Below are positions 55,127-64,000 of a stretch of 64,000 nt of DNA, piece by piece (the first letter of the stretch is position 1; each line of letters opens with the position of its first letter). The stretch is taken from assembly GCA_949373235.1 (NCBI GenBank), contig CASICQ010000006.1:4358-68357 (forward strand). Direction: 5' to 3'. Position numbers and translations under genes: made by a program. The DNA is from Candidatus Poseidoniaceae archaeon. Its GTDB lineage: Archaea > Thermoplasmatota > Poseidoniia > Poseidoniales > Poseidoniaceae. The notes below the pieces were generated by a model. It was not told where the DNA came from, did not search any database, and was given only the letters and a program-made list of their open reading frames with translations.

Positions 55127-55710
55127 TCTTCTTCCCCCTCTTCCAGATGGCTAAGGTCAAAGAATTCAAATTGAAGGGCAACGAGTTCAGCGCTCGATGT
55201 GGCTCCAGCATAGGCATCAAGTGGTTCTTGATTCAATTCAAAAAACCGAGGACCCCAGCGGAATGCGCCAAGAACCCGTGCTGCCTGGTCGGTTCGACCG
55301 ACGAGGTAGAGGACCGTAGCCAACGCTTCAGCCGTGGTGAGTCGGCCCGGCTTCCCCCAATTCACGGGATTAGCTGCTAACAACAGGGGGAGCATGCGTG
55401 GTTGTAAGCGGGTGCGTTTCATCACTTGTTGGACGCTTGATTCAATGTGCGCCCAGCTGCAATCAAGTCCGACAACAGCCCCACCTTGCTCAAGAATCAG
55501 CGAGTGGTCTTCTGGGCCAAACACTTTCCCACAAAGTGGTTCCAAAATAATTCCTCTGCGCGGCAAGGTGTTGATCTTCTTATGGAGTTTTAAATCTCCA
55601 CGCTTATTCGCTAGGACGGCCGTATTCTTCTTAGGATCGTCTTGAGCAAGCCAAAGAGCATGAACCTTGACGTCAGGGGAAACCTCAGGGTTGGTCATCG
55701 AAATAATCAC
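55123..55710 (-). CDS. tsr3: Tsr3/DUF367 family SSU rRNA aminocarboxypropyltransferase
   Basis: 195 aa. AVVGLDCSWAHIE matches the conserved DCSW core of Tsr3. Confidence 0.65.
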   Translation of the reverse strand: MIISMTNPEVSPDVKVHALWLAQDDPKKNTAVLANKRGDLKLHKKINTLPRRGIILEPLCGKVFGPEDHSLILEQGGAVVGLDCSWAHIESSVQQVMKRTRLQPRMLPLLLAANPVNWGKPGRLTTAEALATVLYLVGRTDQAARVLGAFRWGPRFFELNQEPLDAYAGATSSAELVALQFEFFDLSHLEEGEED

Positions 55711-56188
55711 CCAGCGTCATGCCACGGTTTGAACTGCGATCCACATGTGTGGTGGTCTCTTCCGTTGAAACCACCCACAGCGAAATGCCAAGCACCCGTT
55801 CGAATTTACGCAGGACCCCATCTGTAGGGCGTTTGCCAGCCTCTGCTGATTTGATGATGTTGACGGTTTCAGCCATTCTTTTTCCAAGTGTAGCGTGATT
55901 CCAGCCCTTGGATTTGCGGGCTGCAGAAATTCTTTTACCAAAATCCGAAGCCAATTCCTTTTCTGTTTTGAGCATGATATCCTTGCCCTTCTTGCCTCTT
56001 GCCGCGTATGAAGAGGCATGAGAAGGCTTTGCATGCATCGATTGAGCCTTGGCTAAACCAGGGGCAGTTTCTTTTGGTCCAAGGTTCATTTTGTCGATGC
56101 AACGGGCGCATGCCGTTACTTCTGTCTTCCCGGTTTTGACGCTTCGTACGCCAACCTTCATCGCGCCACATAATTCGCAGTCCGCCAT
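55685..56188 (-). CDS. mbf1: archaeal multiprotein-bridging factor 1 (zinc ribbon + XRE-type HTH)
   Basis: MADCELCGAM...CARCIDK zinc ribbon. C-terminal HTH WNHATLGKRMAETVNIIKSAEAGKRPTDGVLRKFERVLGI. ATG at 56188; the ORF track extends to 56344. Confidence 0.75.
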   Translation of the reverse strand: MADCELCGAMKVGVRSVKTGKTEVTACARCIDKMNLGPKETAPGLAKAQSMHAKPSHASSYAARGKKGKDIMLKTEKELASDFGKRISAARKSKGWNHATLGKRMAETVNIIKSAEAGKRPTDGVLRKFERVLGISLWVVSTEETTTHVDRSSNRGMTLGDYFDDQP

Positions 56189-56310
56189 TCGAATCAAAAC
56201 TCCAATATCCGGGTTATGCCGACATCCTTTGAAGGCTTCGTCTTTGCCGTTTCGGAAGGTATGGTTCCGTCTTGTTGAAATAAACTGGCCGTTTGGACTG
56301 GTTGAGCACC

Positions 56311-57531
56311 ATGGGTACAGATGTTGAACAAAAGCCTCCAGCACGTTCTGTTGCGTCCGAGGATGAAATCAAAACGTTGGAGCATGCTTTCTCCGAATTG
56401 CAAGATCAAGCACAGAGTTTGATCAACGAACGTTCCCAAATGGAATCTGATATTCGCAGCCTGAAAAAGAGGGCTCAGCGCCTCGATGATGAAGTTCGTT
56501 TGTTGAAATCTCCCCCTCTCATTATCGGGCACCTGCAAGACATCCTCGACGATCGAACTGCCATCGTCCGTTCATCCAACGGAACCGTGTTCCAAGTTTC
56601 ACTCAATCAAAGGCTCGAACCGAAAACTCTCAAACCAGGGACTCGCGTTGCACTCAATCAAGACACGCTCGCTGTAATTGAGGTGCTTCATGATGCGTGG
56701 GACCCAATGGTCAGCGGTGCCGAAATGGTAACCAAACCGGATATCACATACGACGAAGTCGCCGGTCTTGATGAACAAATACAAACAGTGCGTGAAGCAA
56801 TTGAACTGCCGCTCACTTCTCCTGAACTCTTCAAGAAGGTCGGTATAACGCCACCAAAAGGCATTCTGCTCGTTGGACCGCCCGGCTGTGGCAAGACCCT
56901 GCTGGCAAAAGCAGTCGCCAATCACACCGATGCCACATTCATTCGAATGGTCGGCAGTGAACTTGCACAGAAATACATCGGTGAAGGAGGGCGAATGGTA
57001 CGCGAATTGTTTTCGCTTGCTAAAGATAAATCGCCTGCCATCATTTTCCTCGATGAAATCGATGCCATTGGAGCAAAGCGCCTCGACGGATCGACAAGCG
57101 GTGACCGTGAAGTTCAGCGTACTTTGATGCAACTCCTTGCCGAATTGGACGGGTTTGATGCACTTGAAGATGTAAAAATCATAGCTGCAACCAACCGACC
57201 AGACATCCTTGATGATGCGCTTCTGCGACCAGGCCGTTTTGACCGAATTGTCACCATCCCGCGCCCCGATGAAAAAGGACGAAAGGCTATTTTGAAACTC
57301 CACACATCCAGCATGTCGACCAAACGAATCAACATTCAGCGTATCGTCGACAAAACAGAAGGATACAGCGGGGCTGAATTGAAGGCAACCTGTGTTGAAG
57401 CAGGAATGATCGCTATTCGAGACGGGCGAAGTTCGGTCACCAATGATGATCTCATGCTGGCAGTGACGAAACTCAACGAAAAGAAATCGGCGGGCGGGCG
57501 AACATCCTCTCCTGAAGCACTTTACAGTTGA
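56311..57531 (+). CDS. pan: proteasome-activating nucleotidase (AAA+ ATPase PAN)
   Basis: N-terminal coiled coil. GPPGCGKT Walker A, IIFLDEID Walker B, second region of homology and C-terminal ...LYS. The ORF track starts at TTG 56293; ATG is 56311. Confidence 0.9.
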   Translation: MGTDVEQKPPARSVASEDEIKTLEHAFSELQDQAQSLINERSQMESDIRSLKKRAQRLDDEVRLLKSPPLIIGHLQDILDDRTAIVRSSNGTVFQVSLNQRLEPKTLKPGTRVALNQDTLAVIEVLHDAWDPMVSGAEMVTKPDITYDEVAGLDEQIQTVREAIELPLTSPELFKKVGITPPKGILLVGPPGCGKTLLAKAVANHTDATFIRMVGSELAQKYIGEGGRMVRELFSLAKDKSPAIIFLDEIDAIGAKRLDGSTSGDREVQRTLMQLLAELDGFDALEDVKIIAATNRPDILDDALLRPGRFDRIVTIPRPDEKGRKAILKLHTSSMSTKRINIQRIVDKTEGYSGAELKATCVEAGMIAIRDGRSSVTNDDLMLAVTKLNEKKSAGGRTSSPEALYS

Positions 57532-57585
57532 TTTCATCTAAAACCTCGGTCAACATTCAAAGTCCGAGTGAGGCGAACGAGGTAT

Positions 57586-58632
57586 ATGGAAGGCTTAGTG
57601 GAGTGCGTCCCCAACATCTCCGAGGGACGAGATTCAGAAAAAATACAGCGCATAATCGACGCTGCATCACACATTGAAGGCTGCGCCGTGCTTGGTGTTG
57701 AACCCGATGCTGACTACAACCGTACGGTGATCACGCTCGCAGGTGCTCCATCTGCAGTATCGGAGGCTGCCTTCCTGTTGGTGCGTACGGCGATTGCAGA
57801 AATCGACATGCGAGGTCATGCAGGTGAACACCCGAGGCTTGGTGCAGTGGATGTTTGCCCGTTCATTCCACTTAATGGAGTCACAATGGAAGATTGCTCA
57901 CACCTAGCTGCTTCATTGGCTGAACGTGTGGCAGAGGCATGCAACGTCCCGACCTACCTCTATGGCCAAGCAGCAACCACATCTGCAAAAGCGCTGCTTT
58001 CGACCATCCGAAAAGGCCAGTATGAAGGGCTCGAAGAACGGCTCTCTAAAGGATCATCAATTCACGAAGACGACACGCGATACCCCGACTATGGGCCACG
58101 CCAATGGAACGATGTTGTTGCCAAGTCCGGAGCCATTACCTTTGGTGCTCGTGGCATACTTGTTGCTTACAACGTCAACCTGAACGATCCCAGCGCCGAT
58201 GTGGCGCGTAAGGTGGGTTCGCTTATCCGTTCAACAGGTCGGCTCATCAAAAAAGAAGATGGGCGCAAAATGAGGGTCCCAGGCATGTTGACTCTGGTTC
58301 AAGGGATGGGTGTGCCGTTAGAAACCCATCAAATGAGCCAAGTATCAATGAATTTGAGGGACGTAACCCTGTGCCCTATGCACGTCGCCTTTGAGGCATG
58401 CAAGAGCATCGCTCACGATCATGGGGTCGAAGTTCCAGGAAGTGAACTTGTAGGACTCGTCCCCCTTTCTGCAATGTTGGAAACGGGACGCTGGTATGCA
58501 GATGTGGGGGTCACCGAGGAACGAGCGCTTGTCGAAGCAGCGATTGAGGGGCTTGGTCTTCATCAAATCGAGAAGTTCATTCCAGAAAAGAGAATCATTG
58601 AATACGCACTCAAGGAGGCTTTAGGCCAATGA
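57586..58632 (+). CDS. ftcD: glutamate formimidoyltransferase (FtcD formiminotransferase domain, stand-alone)
   Basis: MEGLVECVPNISEGRD is the formiminotransferase N-terminal signature. About 350 aa, covering both FT subdomains. Confidence 0.8.
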   Translation: MEGLVECVPNISEGRDSEKIQRIIDAASHIEGCAVLGVEPDADYNRTVITLAGAPSAVSEAAFLLVRTAIAEIDMRGHAGEHPRLGAVDVCPFIPLNGVTMEDCSHLAASLAERVAEACNVPTYLYGQAATTSAKALLSTIRKGQYEGLEERLSKGSSIHEDDTRYPDYGPRQWNDVVAKSGAITFGARGILVAYNVNLNDPSADVARKVGSLIRSTGRLIKKEDGRKMRVPGMLTLVQGMGVPLETHQMSQVSMNLRDVTLCPMHVAFEACKSIAHDHGVEVPGSELVGLVPLSAMLETGRWYADVGVTEERALVEAAIEGLGLHQIEKFIPEKRIIEYALKEALGQ

Positions 58633-59258
58633 ATTGGATGGAGATGAGTTTGAATGATTTCCAAGATGCTCTTGCATCTGACAACGCCACGCCCGGTGGA
58701 GGCACTGCCGCAGCGGTCGCTCTTGGTCAGGCCGCTGCCCTCACCGCCATGGTTTGCAACCTCACTTCTGGCAAGGAAAAATGGTCCGCAGGTTGGGCAG
58801 CAGCAGATGTCGCCAGTCGAGTGGCTGCAGAAGTGATTTCTCGCTCGGGTCCACTGGCTCAGGAAGACAGCGATGCGTTTGATCTGGTCGTGGCGGCCTT
58901 TAGAATGCCAAAGGAAACGGAAGATGAAAAATCGACCCGGCGCACTGCAATACGAGCAGGCACCCTAAGGGCGGCAGAGGTTCCCTTGGAAACCGCTCAG
59001 TTGGGCATGAAATTGTTGGATGTTTTAGAAGACCTTGCGCGGGATGGAAATGGTAACGCCGCATCCGATGTAGGCGTAGCATCTTTGCTCGCCAGTGCAG
59101 CGGTTAAAGGGGCGCTGTTTAACGTCGACATCAACGTTTCATCATTGCCTGAAACCATGTCTTCCGAGCTTATTGAGGCATCAGCTGGAATGAGAGAGGA
59201 ATGTTCCGCTCGTTCTCGATTGGTGATGCACGCCGTCCACGATCGAATTAATTCGTGA
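58629..59258 (+). CDS. formimidoyltetrahydrofolate cyclodeaminase (FtcD C-terminal domain, stand-alone)
   Basis: 209 aa all-helical protein. The TPGGGTAAAVALGQAAAL motif is typical of cyclodeaminase/cyclohydrolase. 4-nt overlap with the formiminotransferase gene. Confidence 0.75.
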   Translation: MNWMEMSLNDFQDALASDNATPGGGTAAAVALGQAAALTAMVCNLTSGKEKWSAGWAAADVASRVAAEVISRSGPLAQEDSDAFDLVVAAFRMPKETEDEKSTRRTAIRAGTLRAAEVPLETAQLGMKLLDVLEDLARDGNGNAASDVGVASLLASAAVKGALFNVDINVSSLPETMSSELIEASAGMREECSARSRLVMHAVHDRINS

Positions 59259-61538
59259 TCAACGTACCTGTGAACCAGGAGAGATTTCACCATCAATGGT
59301 GATTAATTTGACGTTGTCATTGCCATCATCTGCAGCGAGCATCATGCCCTGTGAGACAACACCACGAAGCGGTCGCGGTTTCAAATTTGCCACAAAGACC
59401 ACCGTTTTCCCAACCATCTCTTCTGGAGAATAATACGCCTTCAAGCCAGCGCAAATGGTGCGGGGCTCTTCAGTGCCGTCGTCAATTGTTACGACATACA
59501 ATCGGTCTGCATTCGGATGATCATCAACGGTTATGATTTTACCGACTCGTAAATCGACTTCCATGAATGTATCAAAATTAAGGTATGTTGTTCCTTCTGG
59601 TGCTTCTGTCACTTTCTTTTCCTCCTTGGACGGTTTGTTTCTTTTTTTGCTTCCTTTGACGCTATGACCTGGGTCTGCCGCCGATGCTTCATCTGGATCG
59701 ATTAGGGATTGTTCTGAGGCTAAAATTTCCTCAAGTTCAAGACGCTTAAACAAGGGTTGAGGGTCCTCCGGATTCCATTCCATCGGAGCGTCCCAGTTGA
59801 CCGCTTCTTCCCACTGAGTTTCACTTACTGCCCCACTCAAGCCTAAGCTGGCCCAGAGGCGTGCAGCGCTGAACGGCATGAACGGTTGAGTGGTGATGGC
59901 TAAGAACCTCGCAATTCTCCAGCCAAAGGCCAAATCGGAAAGTGATTGTTTGCGTTCGGGTGAAGGGGTCTCGTCTTTGAGGTACTTCCATGGTGTTGCG
60001 GCTTGAAGCATCTGGTTCCCGTATTGAGATGCATTCATCACCGTTCTCAAGGCTTCTTTGTAGCGGTGCCTTTGCAGTGATTCTGTGATGGAGGCATGCA
60101 ATTCTTCGAGTTTCGCCCGGTGAGCCATGGTGAGTTCCGGCTCTTCAACGGATTCGAGTGGTCCTTTTTCACCCGATGGTAATCGGTGGCCGAGGGTCAA
60201 CACTCGGTGGACGAAATTGCCGTACGCTGCGATGAGTTCGGTGTTTATTTTCTCCACAAAGTCAGGCCAATTGAAGTCTGTGTCGTGGTTCTCGGGCATG
60301 TTAATGCTCAAGTAATACCGCAATGTATCGGGGTCGAACCTTTCTAGGAATGATGGAAGCCAAACGGCATGCTTGCGAGATTTGGAAAATTGACCGCCAG
60401 CGAGCATCAAGTATTCCATAGCGGGAACGTTGGTTTCCAACGCCATTTCTCCAGGTGCTGGGAGGGCGACTTCATCATCGATCGTCAACCCTTTCTTGGC
60501 ATGGTTCAGCCCTAAAATCAAGGCCGGCCAAATTACGGTGTGGAAGGGTATGTTGTCCTTGCCCAAGAAATAGAGGTGGCGCGGGACATCTCCGTTCTCT
60601 GCTATGTTCCACCAATCCATCCATGCATCCGTTCCCTTGGGATGGCCTGCTTCATGCGCGATTGTATCTGCCCAGATGCGTGCGCAGGTGGAATAGCCTT
60701 GAACGGCTTCAAACCAAACATAGACGCATTTTCCCTTCCATTCCTCGCCCTCGAGAGGCAGAGGGATTCCCCAAGAAAGGTCGCGGGTTACTGCACGAGG
60801 GCGTAGGCCCATGTCGAGCCATTGTTTTGTCATGGCTCTGACGTTTGATTTCCAGACTTTTTGTTGGCCTGATGCATGGTGCTCGAGGGCTGACTGAAAG
60901 GCATCAAGGCGGTAAAAAAGGTGTTCTGTATCCCTCACTTCAATCGATGCGGTTGGGTTCATTTTAGACCGGGGTTGGAGCAACTCCTCCGCTTCGTAGG
61001 TTGCGCCACATGCATCGCATTGGTCGCCGCGCGCCCCATCTTCTTGACAGGATGGGCATACGCCTTCGACGTAGCGATCGGGAAGGAAACGCCCTGTTCC
61101 ATCATCGTTTGTTTCGTAATACTGCTTCATTGTTTTTTCTTCAAATAAACCTGCATTGAGGAGTGAGGTGAAATTATCTTGAACCATTTTTTTATGCCGT
61201 GGATCGCTTGTTCTGTTGAACAGCGCCCCACCGTATTCCACGCCCCGTGGGTCGACTTGAGGTTCCCAAGAACAACCCAAATTCAGTAAAGCCTTGCTGT
61301 TCATTGCGTGGTATGTGTCCACAATATCCTGAGGGCTGACTCCGTTCTGTTCTGCGGAAACCGTGATCGGTGTTCCATGCTCATCGGATCCGGAAACCAT
61401 CAAGACGCGGTTTCCAAGCGCTCGCTCAAATCGAGCTTGGATATCAGGGGGGAGGTAACAACCCGCAACGTGGCCTAAGTGAAGTGGACCGTTTGCGTAC
61501 GGCCAAGCAACACAAATGAGAACATGTTCGGAGGTCAT
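59259..61538 (-). CDS. metG: methionine--tRNA ligase with C-terminal tRNA-binding (EMAP/Trbp111-like) domain
   Basis: 759 aa. PYANGPLHLGHVAG (HIGH), KFSKSRKH (KMSKS), zinc knuckle CPSCQ...CDAC and a C-terminal OB-fold domain. Confidence 0.9.
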   Translation of the reverse strand: MTSEHVLICVAWPYANGPLHLGHVAGCYLPPDIQARFERALGNRVLMVSGSDEHGTPITVSAEQNGVSPQDIVDTYHAMNSKALLNLGCSWEPQVDPRGVEYGGALFNRTSDPRHKKMVQDNFTSLLNAGLFEEKTMKQYYETNDDGTGRFLPDRYVEGVCPSCQEDGARGDQCDACGATYEAEELLQPRSKMNPTASIEVRDTEHLFYRLDAFQSALEHHASGQQKVWKSNVRAMTKQWLDMGLRPRAVTRDLSWGIPLPLEGEEWKGKCVYVWFEAVQGYSTCARIWADTIAHEAGHPKGTDAWMDWWNIAENGDVPRHLYFLGKDNIPFHTVIWPALILGLNHAKKGLTIDDEVALPAPGEMALETNVPAMEYLMLAGGQFSKSRKHAVWLPSFLERFDPDTLRYYLSINMPENHDTDFNWPDFVEKINTELIAAYGNFVHRVLTLGHRLPSGEKGPLESVEEPELTMAHRAKLEELHASITESLQRHRYKEALRTVMNASQYGNQMLQAATPWKYLKDETPSPERKQSLSDLAFGWRIARFLAITTQPFMPFSAARLWASLGLSGAVSETQWEEAVNWDAPMEWNPEDPQPLFKRLELEEILASEQSLIDPDEASAADPGHSVKGSKKRNKPSKEEKKVTEAPEGTTYLNFDTFMEVDLRVGKIITVDDHPNADRLYVVTIDDGTEEPRTICAGLKAYYSPEEMVGKTVVFVANLKPRPLRGVVSQGMMLAADDGNDNVKLITIDGEISPGSQVR

Positions 61539-61717
61539 CTGTTTTGTTCGGTGTGCGGCCTGTCTTTAAAATCATCATAAAATCAGGCTCAAAGAGGACA
61601 TGTTTTCCTATCGATGCCCCCAATCCGTGCGAGTTAGAGAGGAAGTGGTCTCCAACATTTTCAATAACTAAGAGTCCCACGCCAAATTAGCGGTACCCTA
61701 GGAGCCTCTGAAACAGC

Positions 61718-62752
61718 ATGGACTACACAATCCTCATTTTATACGGTACATTGGCGCTTGGCGTTTCATTTTTATGCTCCATTTTGGAGGCAGTTGTTCT
61801 ATCGATACCCCATACACAAATCGCTATGTGGGAGCGGGACGGAACGCGGAAAGGAAAAATCTGGGCCAATCTAAAATCAGACGATGCTGTCAAACCACTG
61901 ACCGCCATTCTTACCCTCAACACCATTGCACACACAATGGGTGCTGCAGGCGTTGGTGCAGAAGTGGACAAGGTGTTCGGTCACGAATACCTGACCTATG
62001 CATCTGTGATCCTGACTTTGCTTGTTTTATTCCTGTCTGAGATCATTCCAAAAACTCTGGGCACTGCATACTGGAAGCAATTAGCTAAGCCAACCGGGCA
62101 TGTTCTTCATTGGATTACGGTCGGGTTGGCCGTCTTTATTGGGCCCATTCAAATGTTGAAGTCAATCCTTCCAAAAGGGGACGATGCACTGTTCACTCGC
62201 GATGATGTGGCAGCTCTTGCAGACCTGGGCGAAGAAGAAGGCATCATCGAAAAAGATGAAGAAACCGTTATTCACAACCTTTTGAAACTCGGCGAAATGA
62301 AGGTGGTTGAAATTATGACACCACGTGTCGTGATGACCGCGTTTAACCTTAAGGACACCATCAAGGAAGTTCTTGATGAACACAACATCATTCGGGTTTC
62401 GAGGATCCCGGTCTTCGAAGAAACGATTGATGACATCTCCGGCATCGTCATACGCTCTCAGTTGCTTATGGCTGCAAGCCGAGATGAATGGGACACTACG
62501 ATGGAAGAATTGAGGAAGGACGTGATGTTTTTGGACACCGAGACTTCAGTTGATACCGCGCTTGAGATGTTTTTGGGCAAGCGTCAGCAATTCGCCGTCG
62601 TACGAGATGAATTCGGTGGGACGGCAGGTCTTGTCACTATGGAAGACGTCTTGGAGACGCTGTTAGGTGAAGAAATCGTGGATGAACTGGATGAAGTTGA
62701 TGACATGAGAGAACTCGCTCGCGAGCAAGCGGATGCAAGCGAGCAAGAATGA
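61718..62752 (+). CDS. CNNM/CorC/HlyC-family protein (DUF21 membrane domain + CBS pair)
   Basis: 344 aa. Four N-terminal TM helices, followed by two CBS motifs. Confidence 0.8.
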   Translation: MDYTILILYGTLALGVSFLCSILEAVVLSIPHTQIAMWERDGTRKGKIWANLKSDDAVKPLTAILTLNTIAHTMGAAGVGAEVDKVFGHEYLTYASVILTLLVLFLSEIIPKTLGTAYWKQLAKPTGHVLHWITVGLAVFIGPIQMLKSILPKGDDALFTRDDVAALADLGEEEGIIEKDEETVIHNLLKLGEMKVVEIMTPRVVMTAFNLKDTIKEVLDEHNIIRVSRIPVFEETIDDISGIVIRSQLLMAASRDEWDTTMEELRKDVMFLDTETSVDTALEMFLGKRQQFAVVRDEFGGTAGLVTMEDVLETLLGEEIVDELDEVDDMRELAREQADASEQE

Positions 62753-63736
62753 TTACGATTGAGCATCGAGCCAAGCAGCAATCAATTGATTGCGCTCTTC
62801 ATTTATTTTTGCCCCAGCATGGGTTAAGCCAGGCAGTCGATGACTCGTAAGAAGGTCTCCTTGACCAGAGTCAACATAGGCCGTGTTGAGGAGGTCAAAA
62901 TGTCCCATTCCTAATCGGTTGTCTGGGTCGGCTTGAATGCAGAGGGTTGGGAGGGTGGGTAAGCCCCATTGCGGCAAATCAAATTCATCGATTGACGAAA
63001 ATAATCCCTTCTCCCCAATGGATGCGTTGAACCTTCGAATCAGTCTTTTTCGATACACGCCGAGGAGGATCGCTGGGATTTTTAATTTGAGTGCGATCTC
63101 GTCCAAGATAGGGCTGTACATGGTCATAGGTGATTCCAAGATGAGGGTCGTCATTGGGTGCTCAAGGGCAACAAATTCTCGGTCAGCAACAAGACGAAGT
63201 CCAATGAAGCAGCCAATGCTGTGGCCATAGTAACTGACTTTGGTGACATCCTCTTTGGAAAATACAGAGTCCAAGTTGCTGCAAACGGCTTTGATGGCCT
63301 GCATTGATTTGTATGCGGTCCAGAATTCAATTTCCGTTGATGCTCCGTGACTCGGCAATTCAATGAGAAGAACATGCCATCCCCGATTTGCAAACCAAGC
63401 CCCTCGGTCACCGACTGAACGAGATGAACTCCGCCATCCGTGGATAACGATGAGAAGGGGTGCTGATTCCTCTTGTTTGAACGCTACCGCATGGAGTGAA
63501 TTCGTCCCATAAACCAAATCGTGGTGAGACCAGCCTTCAGCCTCAAAGGGCGGTTTCTTCTTTCCAGGGGTTAGAAAGCTCATTCCAACATAGATTTCGA
63601 TAAGGGCGTTGTACGCACTAAAAAAAACCAATGCAACAGTAATAGAGGCCGGCAACGTGTAAAATATACACGCTGCAATGAGTGCTATGGTGGCAGCGAG
63701 CCAAGCACAAGGTCGGATGAAGCGTTCGTCAACCAT
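62753..63736 (-). CDS. membrane-anchored alpha/beta-fold hydrolase
   Basis: 327 aa. Two N-terminal TM helices, HG oxyanion motif (IVIHGW) and nucleophile elbow GHSIG. Confidence 0.55.
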   Translation of the reverse strand: MVDERFIRPCAWLAATIALIAACIFYTLPASITVALVFFSAYNALIEIYVGMSFLTPGKKKPPFEAEGWSHHDLVYGTNSLHAVAFKQEESAPLLIVIHGWRSSSRSVGDRGAWFANRGWHVLLIELPSHGASTEIEFWTAYKSMQAIKAVCSNLDSVFSKEDVTKVSYYGHSIGCFIGLRLVADREFVALEHPMTTLILESPMTMYSPILDEIALKLKIPAILLGVYRKRLIRRFNASIGEKGLFSSIDEFDLPQWGLPTLPTLCIQADPDNRLGMGHFDLLNTAYVDSGQGDLLTSHRLPGLTHAGAKINEERNQLIAAWLDAQS

Positions 63737-63754
63737 GCAAATCCAGCAGGAGGC

Positions 63755-63997
63755 TCACTCGACTTTCTTGGCCTTTGCTTTCTTGGCCTTTGGTTTGGAG
63801 GCTTCTGGGTTCTTATCCTCTGACTTATCAGAGGTTTCAGATGCATCTTCCTCGGCCTTGATTGCTGCCTTTTCGATCTTCTTGAGGCGGGAATCTTCTC
63901 GCTTGGCGGTGAACGAATCACCAAAGTTTGCCATGCCTTCGAGGCGGGCGGCGAGGCCTGTGAGTTCCTCTCCTTCTTGTGGGACGTACTTGACCAA
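63755..63997 (-). CDS. hypothetical Lys-rich protein (possibly N-terminally truncated by window edge)
   Basis: An 80-aa ORF reaches the window end. The C-terminal KPKAKKAKAKKVE tail suggests nucleic-acid binding. No assignment. Confidence 0.25.
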   Translation of the reverse strand: MVKYVPQEGEELTGLAARLEGMANFGDSFTAKREDSRLKKIEKAAIKAEEDASETSDKSEDKNPEASKPKAKKAKAKKVE

Positions 63998-64000
63998 GAA

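Noticed and set aside
56599-57537. 312-aa ORF antisense to pan
   Set aside because: It completely overlaps the strongly conserved PAN AAA+ gene. It has no motifs and its composition is typical of a shadow ORF.
1-64000. CRISPR arrays, transposases, restriction-modification or toxin-antitoxin pairs
   Set aside because: No regularly spaced short repeats and no recognisable Cas, transposase, integrase, methyltransferase/endonuclease or TA motifs were found. The only tandem repeats are in-frame inside protein genes.

Overview
The window looks like an archaeal chromosome segment, about 50% GC. Archaeal markers present are PAN proteasome ATPase, aMBF1, tRNA-splicing endonuclease EndA, archease, Kae1, ribosomal proteins S19e/L39e/L31e/S17e, archaeosine preQ0 genes and an SRP (7S) RNA. 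The lineage is probably an uncultured marine euryarchaeon; Thermoplasmatota/MGII-like is a guess based on the many secreted peptidases, giant adhesins and acidic proteins. No CRISPR array, transposase, integrase or prophage was seen. The content is mostly housekeeping and metabolic:
- Membrane transhydrogenase pntAA-pntA2-pntB.
- Malate dehydrogenase.
- Fe-S carrier ErpA with YgfZ.
- Histidine utilisation via the formiminotransferase route: hutH-hutU, hutI, and ftcD split into two genes.
- Methylmalonyl-CoA mutase and epimerase with an FKBP and an ABC exporter.
- A YdeP-type molybdopterin oxidoreductase with FdhD and an MFS transporter.
- MetRS and a CNNM/CorC protein.
- A tRNA-related set: tRNA-Val, archease, EndA, TrmJ, Kae1, folE-queE-queC-queD.
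- An archaeal ribosomal-protein cluster.

Items that are not standard:
1. A QueC protein fused C-terminally to an MsrB domain, with QueC's four zinc cysteines replaced.
2. A 56-aa ribbon-helix-helix gene missed by the ORF track, sitting directly upstream of the preQ0 operon with three 11-bp-spaced direct repeats in its promoter.
3. A 4-nt-overlapping operon of an ArsH-like FMN reductase, an FGE/sulfatase-modifying-factor-like protein and ArsC.
4. Several eukaryote-like signalling domains in membrane or large proteins: a SAP domain, EF-hands, and double zinc ribbons with hyper-acidic tails.
5. A TatC-like protein with a roughly 190-aa C-terminal extension.
6. A winged-helix regulator carrying three TerB-like repeats, next to archease and EndA.
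7. An SRP RNA and an L39e gene that the ORF track misses or covers with spurious ORFs.

All coordinates are from reading the sequence and ORF track by eye. Family assignments rest on recognisable motifs, not database searches.
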